Origin: Eledone cirrhosa
Taxonomy: Eukaryota
Length of the DNA: 64,000 nucleotides
Direction of reading: 5' to 3'
NCBI GenBank assembly: GCA_964016885.1
Contig: OZ024750.1
Location: forward strand, 9,486,001-9,550,000
Below are positions 1 through 12,172 of the stretch, piece after piece. Position 1 is the stretch's first letter. The number at the start of each line of letters is the position of its first letter. A model generated the notes under the pieces. The model did no database searches. It saw only the letters and a list, made by a program, of their open reading frames with translations, and was not told where the DNA came from. A program made the translations under genes and the position numbers.

Positions 1-310
1 GCCACTGCCAACACCACCACCCCAGCCGCAGCCACCCATACCACTGCCAACACCACAGCCACTACCACCACTACAACACCTGCCACCACCACCACCACCA
101 CTACCACCACCACCAATACCACCACATGTATGGTGGTAGCAGTTGTTTGTGTTGATGTTGGAGTTGGTAATAGTGTTGGAGTTGGTGTTGGTATTGATGT
201 TGGTGTTGGAGTTGGTAGTAGTGCTGATGTTGGTATTTATTTTGGTACTGGTGTTGGTGTTGGTAGTAATGTTGGTGTTGATGTTGTAGTAGTGTTAGTG
301 TTGGTGTTGA
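1..310. repeat. Low-complexity (CCA/ACC)-rich tract switching to a (GGT/GTT)-rich tract
   Basis: CCA-rich 1-125, TGG/GTT-rich ~130-310; ORFs 101..388 and 130..342 are low-complexity translations. Confidence 0.85.
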
Positions 311-613
311 TTTATTTTGGTTGTGTGGTTGGACAGAATTAAAGGGTTTCTGTAACATACGTTTCCATTGATTAATTGGTCTTCGCATGGAATCTCTCTA
401 AAATATATTACAAGATCTCCAGCAGCTCCTATTTGAATATAGCAATCAGTTTCTAGTGCTTTCATAGGCCTTGTTATTTTAGTGAAGCTAGTGTTACAAA
501 TGGTAAACCAGCCACTAATGTAAAAGATGTGGAACCTGCGGTGAATGTAGTAGCAACTGTTATATATGAATAGAAATTATAAACCTAACCTGAAATTATT
601 TAGTAACTGTGTT

Positions 614-657
<44 letters not shown>

Positions 658-660
<3 letters not shown>

Positions 661-900
661 TCGTCATCATCATCATCATCATTTAATGTTTATCTTCCAC
701 GCTAGCATGGGTTAGACGAGAGTTGTCCCACTTGAGGCAAAATTAGTTGGGTGACCGTGTCTCGCTCGTATAGGACTGTCTGGCGGGTTTTCTATGGCTG
801 GATGCCCTTCCTAACACCAACCACATTTACAGTGTGAACTGGGAGGTTTTTACCGTGTTACCTACACGGCCACATTACAGCGTGGACTGGGTGATTTTTT
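658..900 (-). mobile_element. RTE-clade LINE 3' UTR fragment with (GAT)n tail
   Basis: Reverse complement carries TGTTAGGAAGGGCATCCAG...TAACCCATGCTAGCGTGGAAG...(GAT)n, as at the 3' end of the RTE copy at 22478-23689. Confidence 0.8.
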
Positions 901-954
901 TATTCCGCCAAATATATATCCACTGTATCTATCCTTTGTGATCCTGTCTCTGTT

Positions 955-1060
955 CTTGAACTCCTGAAGAAAGGCTAAAGCCTGACATGTCAGACTTTCT
1001 TTCCTCTTTTCCATATAAAGCATGAAACTAATAAGACTTTTGTACCTCTGTTTTGTTATT
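955..1060 (+). ncRNA. Degenerate hammerhead-like motif in a repeat (second copy ~25190-25300)
   Basis: CTGAAGA-A-AGGC-TAAA-GCCT-GACA (GAAA mutated). The related copy at ~25199 reads CTAATGA-AGGAC-TTCT-GTCT-GAAA with similar downstream sequence. Confidence 0.4.
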
Positions 1061-1122
1061 TCCTTGAACTACATACATTACATATATGTATATATACATA
1101 TATACATATATATATATGTATA

Positions 1123-1185
<63 letters not shown>

Positions 1186-1251
1186 ATGCTAGCGTGGAAG
1201 ATAGACGTTAAACGATGATGATGATGATGATGATATATATATATATATATG

Positions 1252-1324
<73 letters not shown>

Positions 1325-1327
<3 letters not shown>

Positions 1328-1445
1328 GCTGAGTGGTAAGAGAATTGGATTCGCAATGGTGAGGTTGTGAATTCAATTCCAGAACCGAGCGATGTGTTAT
1401 GTCCTTGAGCAAGACACTTTATTTCATGCTGCTCCATCTAACTGG
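1325..1445 (+). mobile_element. tRNA-derived SINE family A head (partial)
   Basis: A-box TGGCTGAGTGG, B-box-like GAATTCAATTCC, then GTCCTTGAGCAAGACACTTTATTTCA as in the other family A copies. Confidence 0.75.
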
Positions 1446-2049
1446 AGTTGTGACCAATAGATAGTATTAACAATTGGAAAGACTTACTTCCTCGGCCTGA
1501 TTTGACGAAAGTCGATCGACTGTCGATATATAGATATTGCTGCCACTGGCCTTGGTTTATTATCCAAAGATATGAAATCTTTTGAAAGATGATTTATTTC
1601 AAGTTACTTACTATCAGATGTATTTAAATATAACAAGAATTCATCCCAAACACCCACCCACCCACCCACCTATTGCATCAACACATATACATACATACAC
1701 TCACATATACTTATATGCACAGACAAACATGCACAGGCACACACACACATGCAGAGACACACACACTGGTTTAATCTCCCCTATGTCTTTCTCTTTAACT
1801 CTTTCTTTTTCTATCTTATTCCTTCATTTAGCCAGTATACAAAACAACATCAGGTCATAAAGCAGGACTCTCTCAGTGTTATAAATAATTTAAACTGACA
1901 AATATTTCAATTGGACAAATTTAGTTATTTTATAAATATTCCTTCATATTTGTCACTTTTATATCAACAATTATATTAGAATAAACTGCCTATTGTTGCT
2001 CTTGGTCTTTTTGTTGTTGCCTTTGTTGGTATTAGATATATTAATATTG

Positions 2050-2080
<31 letters not shown>

Positions 2081-2082
<2 letters not shown>

Positions 2083-2135
2083 CAAGCCTAAATAGTAAGT
2101 CTTGTTGCTCTGGAGTTTCTCCTGCTCATCACAGG

Positions 2136-2181
<46 letters not shown>

Positions 2182-2190
2182 CATATATAT

Positions 2191-2245
<55 letters not shown>

Positions 2246-2298
2246 CCTGTGATGAGCAGGAGAAACTCCAGAGTAACAAGACTTACTATTTAGGCTTG

Positions 2299-2300
<2 letters not shown>
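2081..2300. repeat. Inverted repeat, 60-bp arms around a TA-rich spacer
   Basis: 2081-2140 is the reverse complement of 2241-2300 with one mismatch; this explains the mirrored ORFs 2088..2279(-) and 2102..2293(+). Confidence 0.95.
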
Positions 2301-2387
<87 letters not shown>

Positions 2388-2458
2388 CATACATATATAT
2401 ATATATATATTAAGGTATGATTTCCTTGGCTATGTAAAAATTTATAAAACACTCTTTG

Positions 2459-2521
2459 TATTTTATCTGATGAAAGCGTACCAAAGTCTCTTGGTACCCT
2501 TGAAATATATATAATAGAGTA
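2459..2521 (+). ncRNA. Minimal type I hammerhead ribozyme (Penelope-like element type), family H1
   Basis: TATTTTAT-CTGATGA-AAGCGTACCAA-agtctc-TTGGTACCCTT-GAAA-T-ATAT-A-TA-ATAGAGTA. Stem I is 8 bp with two G.U pairs, stem II is 10 bp with one C.C mismatch, and helix III is short with a palindromic AUAU loop and an AUA triplet. Confidence 0.75.
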
Positions 2522-2565
2522 AATATGGTTTTATAAATATAGTTTCCATTTATTTAATATCATTG

Positions 2566-2606
<41 letters not shown>

Positions 2607-2609
<3 letters not shown>

Positions 2610-2712
2610 AACGTGGGGTCCTACCCGTTCCTATTACCCACTCTACTACCCTAAGTATTGAGTACTTTGGTGCGTTATGGTCCACCTGGTTCCTTACCAC
2701 ATTTCCTTTGTT
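2607..2712 (+). mobile_element. 3' fragment of half-hammerhead fold-back family H5
   Basis: Shares CCCACTCTACTACCCTAAGTATTGAGTAC...CCTTACCACATTTCCTTTGTTATATA with 9430-9512, 22310-22390 and 39865-39945; flanked by (TA)n. Confidence 0.75.
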
Positions 2713-2724
2713 ATATATATATAT

Positions 2725-2851
2725 AAGTTTATCCTGGGTTCAATCGGGGGTAACCACTGTAAGTAAGGTACTCAATACAAAGCAGAGTGTAAATATTTAA
2801 TATAGAAAGGCTTCTACAGGACTAGAACTGTTTCATTCGGGAGAAATCATC
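2725..2851 (-). mobile_element. Truncated copy of hammerhead family H2
   Basis: Reverse complement matches 5323-5453 (GATGATTTCTCCCGAATGAAACAGTTCTAGTCCTGTAGAAGCC...), truncated inside CUGAUGA. Confidence 0.75.
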
Positions 2852-2994
2852 TATATGCAAACTGGCATATACCTTCCTAGGTAGTCATTTCTATATATAT
2901 AATAAAGATACCTATACTCTACCAATGTATTGAGTACCTTTATTAACTGTAGTTACCACCAGCCCCCACACCCACCCAACTCAACTTGGGAACC

Positions 2995-3580
2995 TACATC
3001 ACCATTACTATCCTTACCATCATCACCACCACCACCACCAACACTATCACCACCACCACCATCACCACCACCACCACCACCACCACCACCACCATCACCA
3101 CCACCACCACCACTATCACCACCACCACCACCATCATCACCACCACCACCACCACCATCACCACCACCACCACCACCATCACCACCACCACCACCACCAC
3201 CACCATCACCACCACCACCACCACTATCACCACCACCACCACCATCATCACCACCACCACCATCACCACCATCACCACCACCACCACCACCATCACCACC
3301 ACCACCATCACCACCACTACCACCACCATCATCACCACCATCACCACCATCACCACCATCACCATCACCGCCATCACCATCATCACCATCACCATTACTA
3401 TCCTTACCATCATCACCACCACCACCATCACCACTATCACCATCACCACCATCACCACCACCACCATCACCACCACCACCATCACCACCATCACCACCAC
3501 CACCACCATCACCACCATCACCACCATCACCACCACCATTACCATCATCACCACCACCATCATCATTATCACCATCATCT
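2995..3580. repeat. (CAC/CAT)n trinucleotide microsatellite
   Basis: Near-pure CAC/CAT triplets; source of the poly-Pro, poly-Thr and poly-Gly ORFs. Confidence 0.95.
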
Positions 3581-3639
3581 TTATTTACGATCATTTCCCC
3601 CTCTCTGGCTAAACAGAACAGTTTCGTCTTCTCAGCTTG

Positions 3640-4020
3640 TGACATTAAGAGATATGTTGGACAGCTCCACGACAACAATGGACAGAGTGTATTAAATGAA
3701 GAGGAATCAAGTCTCCTGGAGCTTTCTGATGTAAATTATCTGACTATCTGAAACACTAACTTCAGGAAATTGTTCAATGATTTGATCAGCTACTAATCAG
3801 GCAAGCATGCAAACCAGATTGACTTCATATTCACTAGAAAATAGGATAGAAAACTGGTTTACAATACTAAAAGAGATATGTGCAATGCAACATAGACTTG
3901 TGATTAGTGACTTCAGAGTAAATGTTAGAAAAAATGGTGAGATTAAAAGGACCCTCTGTGAAGCAGAAACTCAGGGAGATTTTAGATGATGCATGTGATG
4001 AGAAGGTGGATAATATAGAT
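3640..4020 (+). mobile_element. Degraded LINE (RTE-like) AP-endonuclease C-terminal fragment
   Basis: Frameshifted translations read NEEESSLLE, QIDFIFTRK*DRKLVYNTK and EICAMQHRLVISDFRV, matching the IDY/F and (S)DHxLV motifs of LINE endonucleases. Confidence 0.7.
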
Positions 4021-4072
4021 ACTTATAACAGAATACAATTGGTAGTTTTTATATATATATATATATATAGAA

Positions 4073-4226
4073 TATATAGAATATATATATTATAGAATAC
4101 TGTTAGCTTCTCGCTAAAACAATTTCGATACCTTTCATTTATATATATATATATATATAAATGAAAGGTATAGAAATTGTTTTAGCGAGAAGCTAACAGT
4201 ATTCTATAATATATATATTCTATATA
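4073..4226. repeat. Inverted repeat (~68-bp arms) centred on (TA)n; half-hammerhead-like
   Basis: Arms 4073-4140 and 4159-4226 differ by one base. The minus strand of the left arm reads GAAA-TTG-TT-TTAGC-gagaa-GCTAA-CAG-TA. Confidence 0.9.
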
Positions 4227-4231
4227 TATAT

Positions 4232-4510
4232 AGGTTGTGATACAAAGGTTGTGAGTTCAATTCTCAGACTGGGGATGTGTTGCTTCCTTGAGCAAGACAC
4301 TTTATTTCACATTGCTCCAGTTTACTCAGCTGTAGAAATGAGATGCAAAGTGGTCGTGGAGGTGCCACGGCAAAAAAGCACCCAGCACTCACTGTAAATG
4401 AGGTTGGTGTTAGGAAGGGCATCCAGCTGTAGAAATCAAGCCAGAATCAGTTCCCGTCCCACCCTTGCAAGCAGGGAAAAGCGGACGTAAAATGATGATG
4501 ATGATGATGA
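4232..4510 (+). mobile_element. SINE family A, 5'-truncated, with RTE-derived tail
   Basis: B-box GAGTTCAATTC, core TTCCTTGAGCAAGACACTT, RTE 3' UTR segment and (GAT)n tail. Confidence 0.85.
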
Positions 4511-4633
4511 TATATATATATTTGTATATTAAAGAGTTAAATAAGATTCAATGAGTACATCAAAGAATAAGTTTTACAGTAGATTGGAAGCACTCTACAA
4601 AAAAATATTTTCCTGAGTTATTAATATTAAAAT

Positions 4634-4720
4634 AAATACAAATATTAATAAAATAGATGTTCTTTTGATCAATTAAATATTTAATTGATCAAAAGAACAT
4701 CTATTTTATTAATATTTGTA

Positions 4721-4723
<3 letters not shown>
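4634..4723. repeat. Perfect spacerless 90-bp palindrome
   Basis: AAATACAAATATTAATAAAATAGATGTTCTTTTGATCAATTAAAT|ATTTAATTGATCAAAAGAACATC...; centre at 4678/4679. Confidence 0.95.
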
Positions 4724-4770
<47 letters not shown>

Positions 4771-4902
4771 GAGGTTATATTTAATTTGTTGGGATTCAAC
4801 AAGCTTAAAAAAATGTTATACCTGATATAAAGCACTCAACAAGTTAGTGGAGTAAATATACAATATATTAATAAATGGAAACTATATTTATAAAATCATA
4901 AT

Positions 4903-4968
4903 TATTTTATTATATATATTTCAAGGGAGACCAAGGTAAATTATGGTGCACTTTCATCAGATAAAATA
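4903..4968 (-). ncRNA. Minimal type I hammerhead ribozyme, family H1
   Basis: Minus strand: TATTTTAT-CTGATGA-AAGTGCACCA...TGGTCTCCCTT-GAAA-T-ATAT-A-TA-ATAAAATA; perfect 8-bp stem I. Confidence 0.7.
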
Positions 4969-5131
4969 CAGATTTGTTTTATAAATAAATATTGACATAC
5001 CCAGAAAAAAGACAACCTCAAAGGTTGAAATTCGGTGGATTTGGTAGAGTATAGGATATATCCAGCAAATTTGAACCGTTGAGGTTGTCTTTTTTCCGGG
5101 GGGGGGGGTCAATATTTATGAAACAAATCTG

Positions 5132-5197
5132 TATTTTATCTGATGAAAGCGCACCATAATTTACCTTGGTTGCCCTTGAAATATATTTAATAAAATA
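5132..5197 (+). ncRNA. Minimal type I hammerhead, family H1 (helix III mismatch)
   Basis: TATTTTAT-CTGATGA-AAGCGCACCA...TGGTTGCCCTT-GAAA-TATATTTA-ATAAAATA. Confidence 0.6.
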
Positions 5198-5314
5198 ATT
5201 ATGGTTTTATAAATATAGTTTCCATTTATTAATATATTGTATATATATATATATATTCAATATAGAAATAGCTTCTATAGGACTAAAACTGTTTCATTCG
5301 GGAAAAATCATCAG

Positions 5315-5365
5315 GGTTTCCTGATGATTTCTCCTGAATGAAACAGTTTTAGTCCTGTAGAAGCC
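5315..5365 (+). ncRNA. Type I hammerhead-like ribozyme, family H2 (U.U at base of helix II), within fold-back 5253-5383
   Basis: GGTTTC-CTGATGA-T-TTC-tcct-GAA-T-GAAA-CAG-ttttagtc-CTG-TA-GAAGCC: 6-bp stem I, 3-bp helix III, GUA triplet. Confidence 0.6.
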
Positions 5366-5595
5366 ATTTCTATATTAAATATTTATACTCTGCTATGTAT
5401 TGAGTACCTTACTTACTGTGGTTGCCCCCGATTGAAAACCTGGGATAAACTTATAAATATATATATATATGTATGTAAAGGGTAAACAGAAAATTCTGGC
5501 CGGATATGGCCAGTTTAAATGCTAAAGGGTTAAACTGGTATAATCCTGATGTATATATATATATATATAAATATATATTTATATATATATATATA

Positions 5596-5661
<66 letters not shown>

Positions 5662-6694
5662 GAATAAAGAAAATGATGATGATATAGGCAAGTGTATGCA
5701 AATGTTTATGTTATATATCCATATGTTCAGCCCATGCAAGCATGGAAAAACAAGTGCAAAAATGATGATGATGATTATAAATACATCCTGTTATGTATTT
5801 ACCTCCATTGTGTATTATCTATCTAGAGTGTGCTGCACCTATAGATATAATCATGACAGTAACAGAAATACTTTTCAACAGGTTTCCACTATCTTTACAA
5901 CACCATTTGATGATGGGAAAAAAATAATAGCAGCCATTTTTTATTTAGAAAAATATTTCTTAATTAATTAGAAAAAGCAACAAACAATCCCTAAAGATTG
6001 GTTTTAAAAACATTTTAATTAAGAAAATAATTAAGAAATTCATTAATTTCTATTCTTAAAACTTTGACGTATTTGAAGAGCTTTAAGGATTTATTCGTTT
6101 CGAAGAATACACTTACAATGATATGTTTTATGTCACATTATTACATAAAATAAAAGAACATGGATTAACTCTTTTGTTAGCGTATTTCTAATGAAAGATA
6201 CAGCTTATATGTTTAAATTAATGTTGGAAATAATCAAGAATTTGGAAGAATTTAGTAAAATAACTATTTTGTTGTTAAGCTAATGTTCAGAATATTACCT
6301 AATAAAAAATAAAAAGGTTTTTACATAAAATTATATTGAGACATTTTGATATAAGTATGAACACTTTAAATGGAGAAGTTTTGTGTCATAAAACCAGGAG
6401 CAGTTTCACGGGGGTTTGAATCACACTAAATGTGGTTATTTGGGTCAAACTTCAGTTGTTATAAACTTAAATTAAAGTTGACTACTTGATGCAAAGAATT
6501 TAACTGAAAATAGATACTTAAGTTGTTGTTTTTAGCCTTAGTTCCTTCCACACTGATCAAGCGGATCTATGATTAAGAGCCTTCTCATCATAACCATATT
6601 ATTTTTTTGTAAAACCAGGACTTTTCGTTTTTTAAGCCAACAGTTTGAGGGAGATTTGCCTGCTATTTGTAGATGGTCAAGCAACAGTATAGAG

Positions 6695-7069
6695 CAGGGG
6701 GTGTGCAACGGGCATCCTGCAGGCCACAATCCAGCCCGCCAGACCAGTCAGAGTTGGCCCACAATGACCGGTTTTTTTTTACCTTGTAGGCTTATTTAGA
6801 ATTTTTTTTCGTAACCTTAATACAATTTTCTGTTAGTTGACCTATACTAAAGGGCTTCACTGATAGGGTTATGTGTAGTATAGTGTCCCAGTTGACCTAT
6901 ACTAAAGGGCTTCACTGATAGGGTTATGTGTGTTATAATGTCCTAGTTCCATGTTATAAAAAGAAGTTGTGGTGAATCTTTGGAATAGTGCTTAATAAAT
7001 ATTAATGGCCTTAATAGTTGTTCCAATGTTCAAAAGCGGTCCGCCAATAGAATATGTTGCACACCCCTG
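6695..7069. mobile_element. Non-autonomous hAT-type DNA transposon
   Basis: TIRs CAGGGGGTGTGCAAC / GTTGCACACCCCTG; 8-bp TSD GTATAGAG / CTATAGAG; internal ~56-bp tandem duplication at ~6835-6945. Confidence 0.85.
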
Positions 7070-7724
7070 CTATAGAGGTTCTTCCATTGACATGTAGATG
7101 CTTGTATCATTTCTTTTGATAGGGATGAGTACTTCCTTCTGGCAGAGTATGAAGACAGAAACATTACACAACAACTGTTGTTGTTGTTGTTATTTTATAT
7201 AACAAGAATTATAAAATATGATGACATCGTAGTATATAATTTAATTTGCATTCCTACATCCACTGTCATTTTTAATATATTCCTCTAATTTGTGGACATT
7301 TCTTTTTTCTTCTTTCTTCCTTATTTTCTCTTTTTTCTTTCTATATTTATTTTTATTCATTTTTTTTTAATTTGTAGTTTTAATTTTGTTTATTTTTATT
7401 GATTTATTTATTGATTTTAAAAAATATTTTACCATATCATATTTGTATTTAGTTTTGTTTATTTGCGTGTACGTATGTGTAATTGTCTCTCTCTGATAGT
7501 GTGTGTGTGATGTTTTGTATGTTTGTATGTGTTTACATTGCATATATGGTGTTTGTATGTGTTTGTATGTGTGATGTTTGTATGAGTTTGTATATATGAT
7601 GTTTGTAGTTAAAATTAAATGGCATTCATTGTTAAAATATATTCTTTTGGGGGAATATCACTCATTGAGTTGTTCACTCATACATGTTCTTAAATATATA
7701 CACATATACATAAATCCATGTATA

Positions 7725-8040
7725 CAAATATATTTACACATACAGACATGTAGCTACAAATACATGGAGCTACAAATATATTTACACACACATGTAGCTA
7801 CAAATACATTTACACACACATGTAGCTACATATACATTTGCACACACATGAAGCTACAAATACAAATACATTTACACATGTAGCTACAAATACATTTACA
7901 CATACATGTAGCTACAAATACATTTACACATGTAGCTACATATACATTTATACATATATGTAGCTACGGATACAATTACACATACCACACACATGTAGCT
8001 ACAAATACATTTGCACACACATGTAGCTAAAAATACATAT
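7725..8040. repeat. Degenerate minisatellite (ACATGTAGCTACAAATACATTTACAC, ~24-28 bp)
   Basis: Repeated CATGTAGCTACA cores separated by variable CA runs. Confidence 0.85.
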
Positions 8041-8165
8041 AGTAAAATTCTGTATGAGCAATATATGGCCATCTGACTTGACTCGCCTCAAACAGAACAA
8101 CCCGTCTAACCCATGCTAGCATGGAAAATAGACATTACACGATGATGATGATGATGATGTATATG

Positions 8166-8452
8166 ATCATCATGATCATCATTTTATGTCCGCTTTTCCT
8201 GGTTTGAAAATGTGGGGCAGGTCCTTTGTCATCTCCTCGGTGAGTTTCAGCGATCTAAGGTCAGCTCTTACCCCCTCTGCCCATGATTTCCGTGGTCTTC
8301 CTCTACCGCATCTTCCTTCCACTGGGATTTCTTGGCACTTCTTTACCCACTGTTCATCCTCCATGCGCATCACACTTCCAAACCAACGCAGTCTTCTCTT
8401 CCGCACACTATAACTTATCCCTCTTATACACAGTTTCTCTCTCAACTCATCC
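8166..8452 (-). mobile_element. RTE LINE 3' ORF fragment
   Basis: ORF 8179..8523(-): RRLRWFGSVMRMEDEQWVKKC...GRGRPRKSW, homologous to the C-terminus of 22528..23388. Confidence 0.9.
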
Positions 8453-8882
8453 ATATATATATATGGAGAGAGAGAGAGAGAGAGGATGTCTGTCGGGATC
8501 AAGCTAGGCTTGGCCTGGCCCAAGTGAGACTAGTGGACAGAAATACATGGAATGGGATGCTAATGCGCATCACATATCCAAACCAACGCAGTCTTCTCTT
8601 CCGCACACTACAGTTTATACTATTTTTTATATAAGTATATTCAAGATTCATTATTTCCATGTATTTATTTCACAGAATTTGGTTATAGTACCAACTAATT
8701 TCTGATTAGTTGTAGAATATGTACATTGAATAAATGTTACTATTAAGTAAATTAAATTACACACTAAGGTTGATGTGTATTTAATTACTACACACTCCCC
8801 ACACATATTTAGGTATTCTGTGTGTGTCAGTGGGGGGGGGGTCTGTGTGTAGTAAATATTTATATACACACACACATATATA

Positions 8883-8916
<34 letters not shown>

Positions 8917-9056
8917 CACACACATATATGTATGTGTTTTGTTATTTCTGTTTGCCTTTTACATGTATATATCTATCTATCTATCTATCTAGATATATAT
9001 ATATATGTATGTTTATGTATGTATATATATGTATATATATGTATATATATATATGT

Positions 9057-9113
<57 letters not shown>

Positions 9114-9288
9114 CATGTATATATAAACCTACAAAGAGAAAGGAATATCAGATAAGAGAGTGATATATTAGCCTTACGTTGATAAGATGTCTAAGGAATG
9201 TTTAAACTTACTTCATTTGGATTAGCTTATTCATATTATATTGGATTTATTTTATATATGTGAGAGTTGATATATATATATATATATA

Positions 9289-9510
9289 TAGGAAAAAGTA
9301 TGACCCCGACGGCAGAGCTCAATCCGTTTCGACGGCTATTTCTGGACTAAATTAGAATTTTTAGCTTAATTTAGTCCAGAAATAGCCGTCGAAACGGCTT
9401 GAGCTCTGCCGTCGGGGGTCATACTTTTTCCTATTTCCCACTCTACTACTCTAAGTATTGAGTACTCTGGTGCGTTATGGTCCATCTGGTTCCTTACCAC
9501 ATTTCCTTTG

Positions 9511-9512
<2 letters not shown>
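9289..9512 (+). mobile_element. Half-hammerhead fold-back element, family H5 (IR 9289-9433)
   Basis: TAGCCGTC-GAAA-CGGC-ttGAGCTCt-GCCG-TC-GGGG on the right arm and its near-reverse complement on the left; no CUGANGA; flanked by (TA)n. Confidence 0.8.
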
Positions 9513-9561
<49 letters not shown>

Positions 9562-9562
<1 letters not shown>

Positions 9563-9977
9563 GTAGCAAGAGTTGTCTCCCTTGTTGTGACGATCACATC
9601 ACCAATAGAGTAACGCTCTCTAGACAGGAAGTAGCTGGAGTTGCTTCCCGTTGGGTGGCAGAGCCCTTTGCGTCACTTCCGTCCAAGGACCTATAAAGGG
9701 AATAACTTTCAGCTCTCTCTCTCTCTCATTTGCCTTCCGGCTCCTGGCCTTCTAACCTGCCTGGCCCTTCGGCCACAGGCTCGTTCGTCTGGCAACCCTA
9801 ACATGGCCTCTTGCGAACTAACTTCAAAACGGTAACAAATAACTTTACTTCATTCTTTTATCTGCTACTCATTGACATGTCAACTATACTGTTCTACATA
9901 ACCTCAACTTGTTAATTAAACATTATATACACAACCTAGTGTCTTGTTATATTCATACACACCAGTATTTTGTTATA
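9562..9977 (+). mobile_element. Probable solo LTR
   Basis: Starts TGTAGCAAGA and ends TTTTGTTATA (imperfect IR). GC/CpG-richer than flanks, with CTATAAA at ~9691, ATTAAA near the end and TATG on both sides (possible 4-bp TSD, but within microsatellite). Confidence 0.5.
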
Positions 9978-10460
<483 letters not shown>

Positions 10461-11421
10461 CCATGTCAGCATGGAAAGCTGATATAAACTGATGGAGATT
10501 CATCCAAATATAATCTCATACATTCAGATATAATAGATTAATGTGCAGCCATGTACACTTATATATATATTCAGTAACACACGCTATATGTATGTGTGTG
10601 TGTGTTTGTGTGTGTCTGTGTGCGTGTATATATGTGTGTGTGTGAGTGTGTATATATATATACCCATCATCATCATCATCATCATCATTTTACGTCCGCT
10701 TTTGCCTGCTTGCAAATATATATATATATATATATGTATGTATATATGTATGTATATATATTCAATAACACATGAATAAATGAGTTTACTTTTATACAAG
10801 GCAATGAAGAAGCATTGAGATGTTAACTTGATCTGTTATAAATAACTAAATCACCCTTAAATCTCACTCTACTATCTTAGATATACAAAAATATGGGAGT
10901 GGGGGGGGGGGTCATGGCTGGAATGCTTTTAATCATAGGTTTGTTCAAGCATGGTTTACCTAAAGGCTACTAAAGGTCAACAACAACAACATGGCCTTAT
11001 ATACTATCATCAATATTTATTTTACATCTATTTTCTCTAAGCTGATATGGTTTGTAAAGGCTTTGCAATATGGCCTTTGTTTTTTTACATGGCTTAGTCT
11101 TGTATTTAGTTAAAATGAACCAGTGAAGAAACCTCTATATAGTCAGTAAATCTGGTAAAAGTAGCAGTGAAATATCCCACAAATTATACAATACCTACTG
11201 TGATATGTTCCTACCAGTGGCAACTTGGTTATAATGGTGTCAGATCATGGTTTCATCTCCCTACAGTCTAAAGACCTCACATTACCTACAGTGATACCTT
11301 CCTAAGTCGATTCAAATATAAGCTGACCCACCACCATTTTATATCTGAGGAATGGGCAAAAATCCCAAAACTATTTAAACAATATAATTCAGTCTGAATG
11401 TGACAAGTCTGAATTCAAAGC

Positions 11422-11460
<39 letters not shown>

Positions 11461-11484
11461 AGGTTGCATTATAACATATTTAAT

Positions 11485-11579
11485 AACATATTACATATGT
11501 TTCTCTATCGATCAGCTCGAGGCAAGACCTATTATAGATCGAACCTGACTCTGTAATTTAAAAGGTCGTCAGATATGTT
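11485..11579 (-). ncRNA. Minimal type I hammerhead with enlarged domain II, family H3
   Basis: Minus strand: AACATAT-CTGACGA-(62 nt)-GAAA-C-ATAT-G-TA-ATATGTT. Perfect 7-bp stem I, C-G helix III with a palindromic loop, GUA triplet; homologue at 23688-23776. Confidence 0.6.
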
Positions 11580-11989
11580 TAGTATATGAATTTGTCTCAT
11601 TTATAAGCTGGGGCAGCTCATCAACACATCGTTTAGATGGCATATATAAGCCAATTCCCTCCCCTGTTTAACCATCAATTTTTTGGTCACAACTTCCTCG
11701 TCTTATATTTGAGTATATGCAGTAAATTTCCTTCCCTAATATTGACTTGTTTTGTTGTTGTTATTGTTTAAACCACAGATCAACCCTGATTAAACATACA
11801 TACCCCTGATCGAGAGTCTTGACCTACTTATCTCCCTTTTTCAGTCAGAGTGAATCTATAGATCTAAAACTGTATCATCTTTTCTGTCCTCCATTTTTTA
11901 AGAGTGTACAATTTGAAGGACTTTTGACTGCTATTTCTAATTAGTCTGGCTGTTGTGTAACAATGCTATTAAGTATCCAGGCACCAGTT

Positions 11990-12172
11990 AATAATTGTTT
12001 CTACTTTTGGCACAAGGCCAGCAATTACCCAGTACATTACTGGTACTTTATTTTATCGACCCTGTAAGGTTGAAAGGCAAAGTTAACCTCGGCGGGATTT
12101 GAACTCAGTCCGTAAAGGGACATAACTGCGTTGCAAAGCATGGCATCCGACCCACTACCGATACTGCCAATC
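11990..12172 (-). mobile_element. tRNA-derived SINE family B
   Basis: Head GGATTGGCAGTATCGGTAG...GAGTTCAAATCCCGCCGAGG, core GCCTTTCA...GGTCGATAAAATAAAGTACCAG, tail GGCCTTGTGCC...GTAGAAACAATTATT. Confidence 0.85.

Larger units (their letters stand above)
4856..5244. mobile_element. Fold-back element of family H1 (~185-bp imperfect arms, ~20-nt loop), one hammerhead per arm
   Basis: Arms are diverged reverse complements and homologous to ~2440-2570. Confidence 0.85.

Noticed and set aside
483-540. Possible small exon (ttttag|TGAAGCT...CCTGCG|gtgaat, EASVTNGKPATNVKDVEPA)
   Set aside because: Weak donor site, no recognisable protein and no partner exons; RNA-seq would be needed.
2930-3751. 273-aa proline-rich, extensin-like ORF
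   Set aside because: Translation of a (CAC/CAT)n microsatellite open in several frames, running into a decayed LINE fragment.
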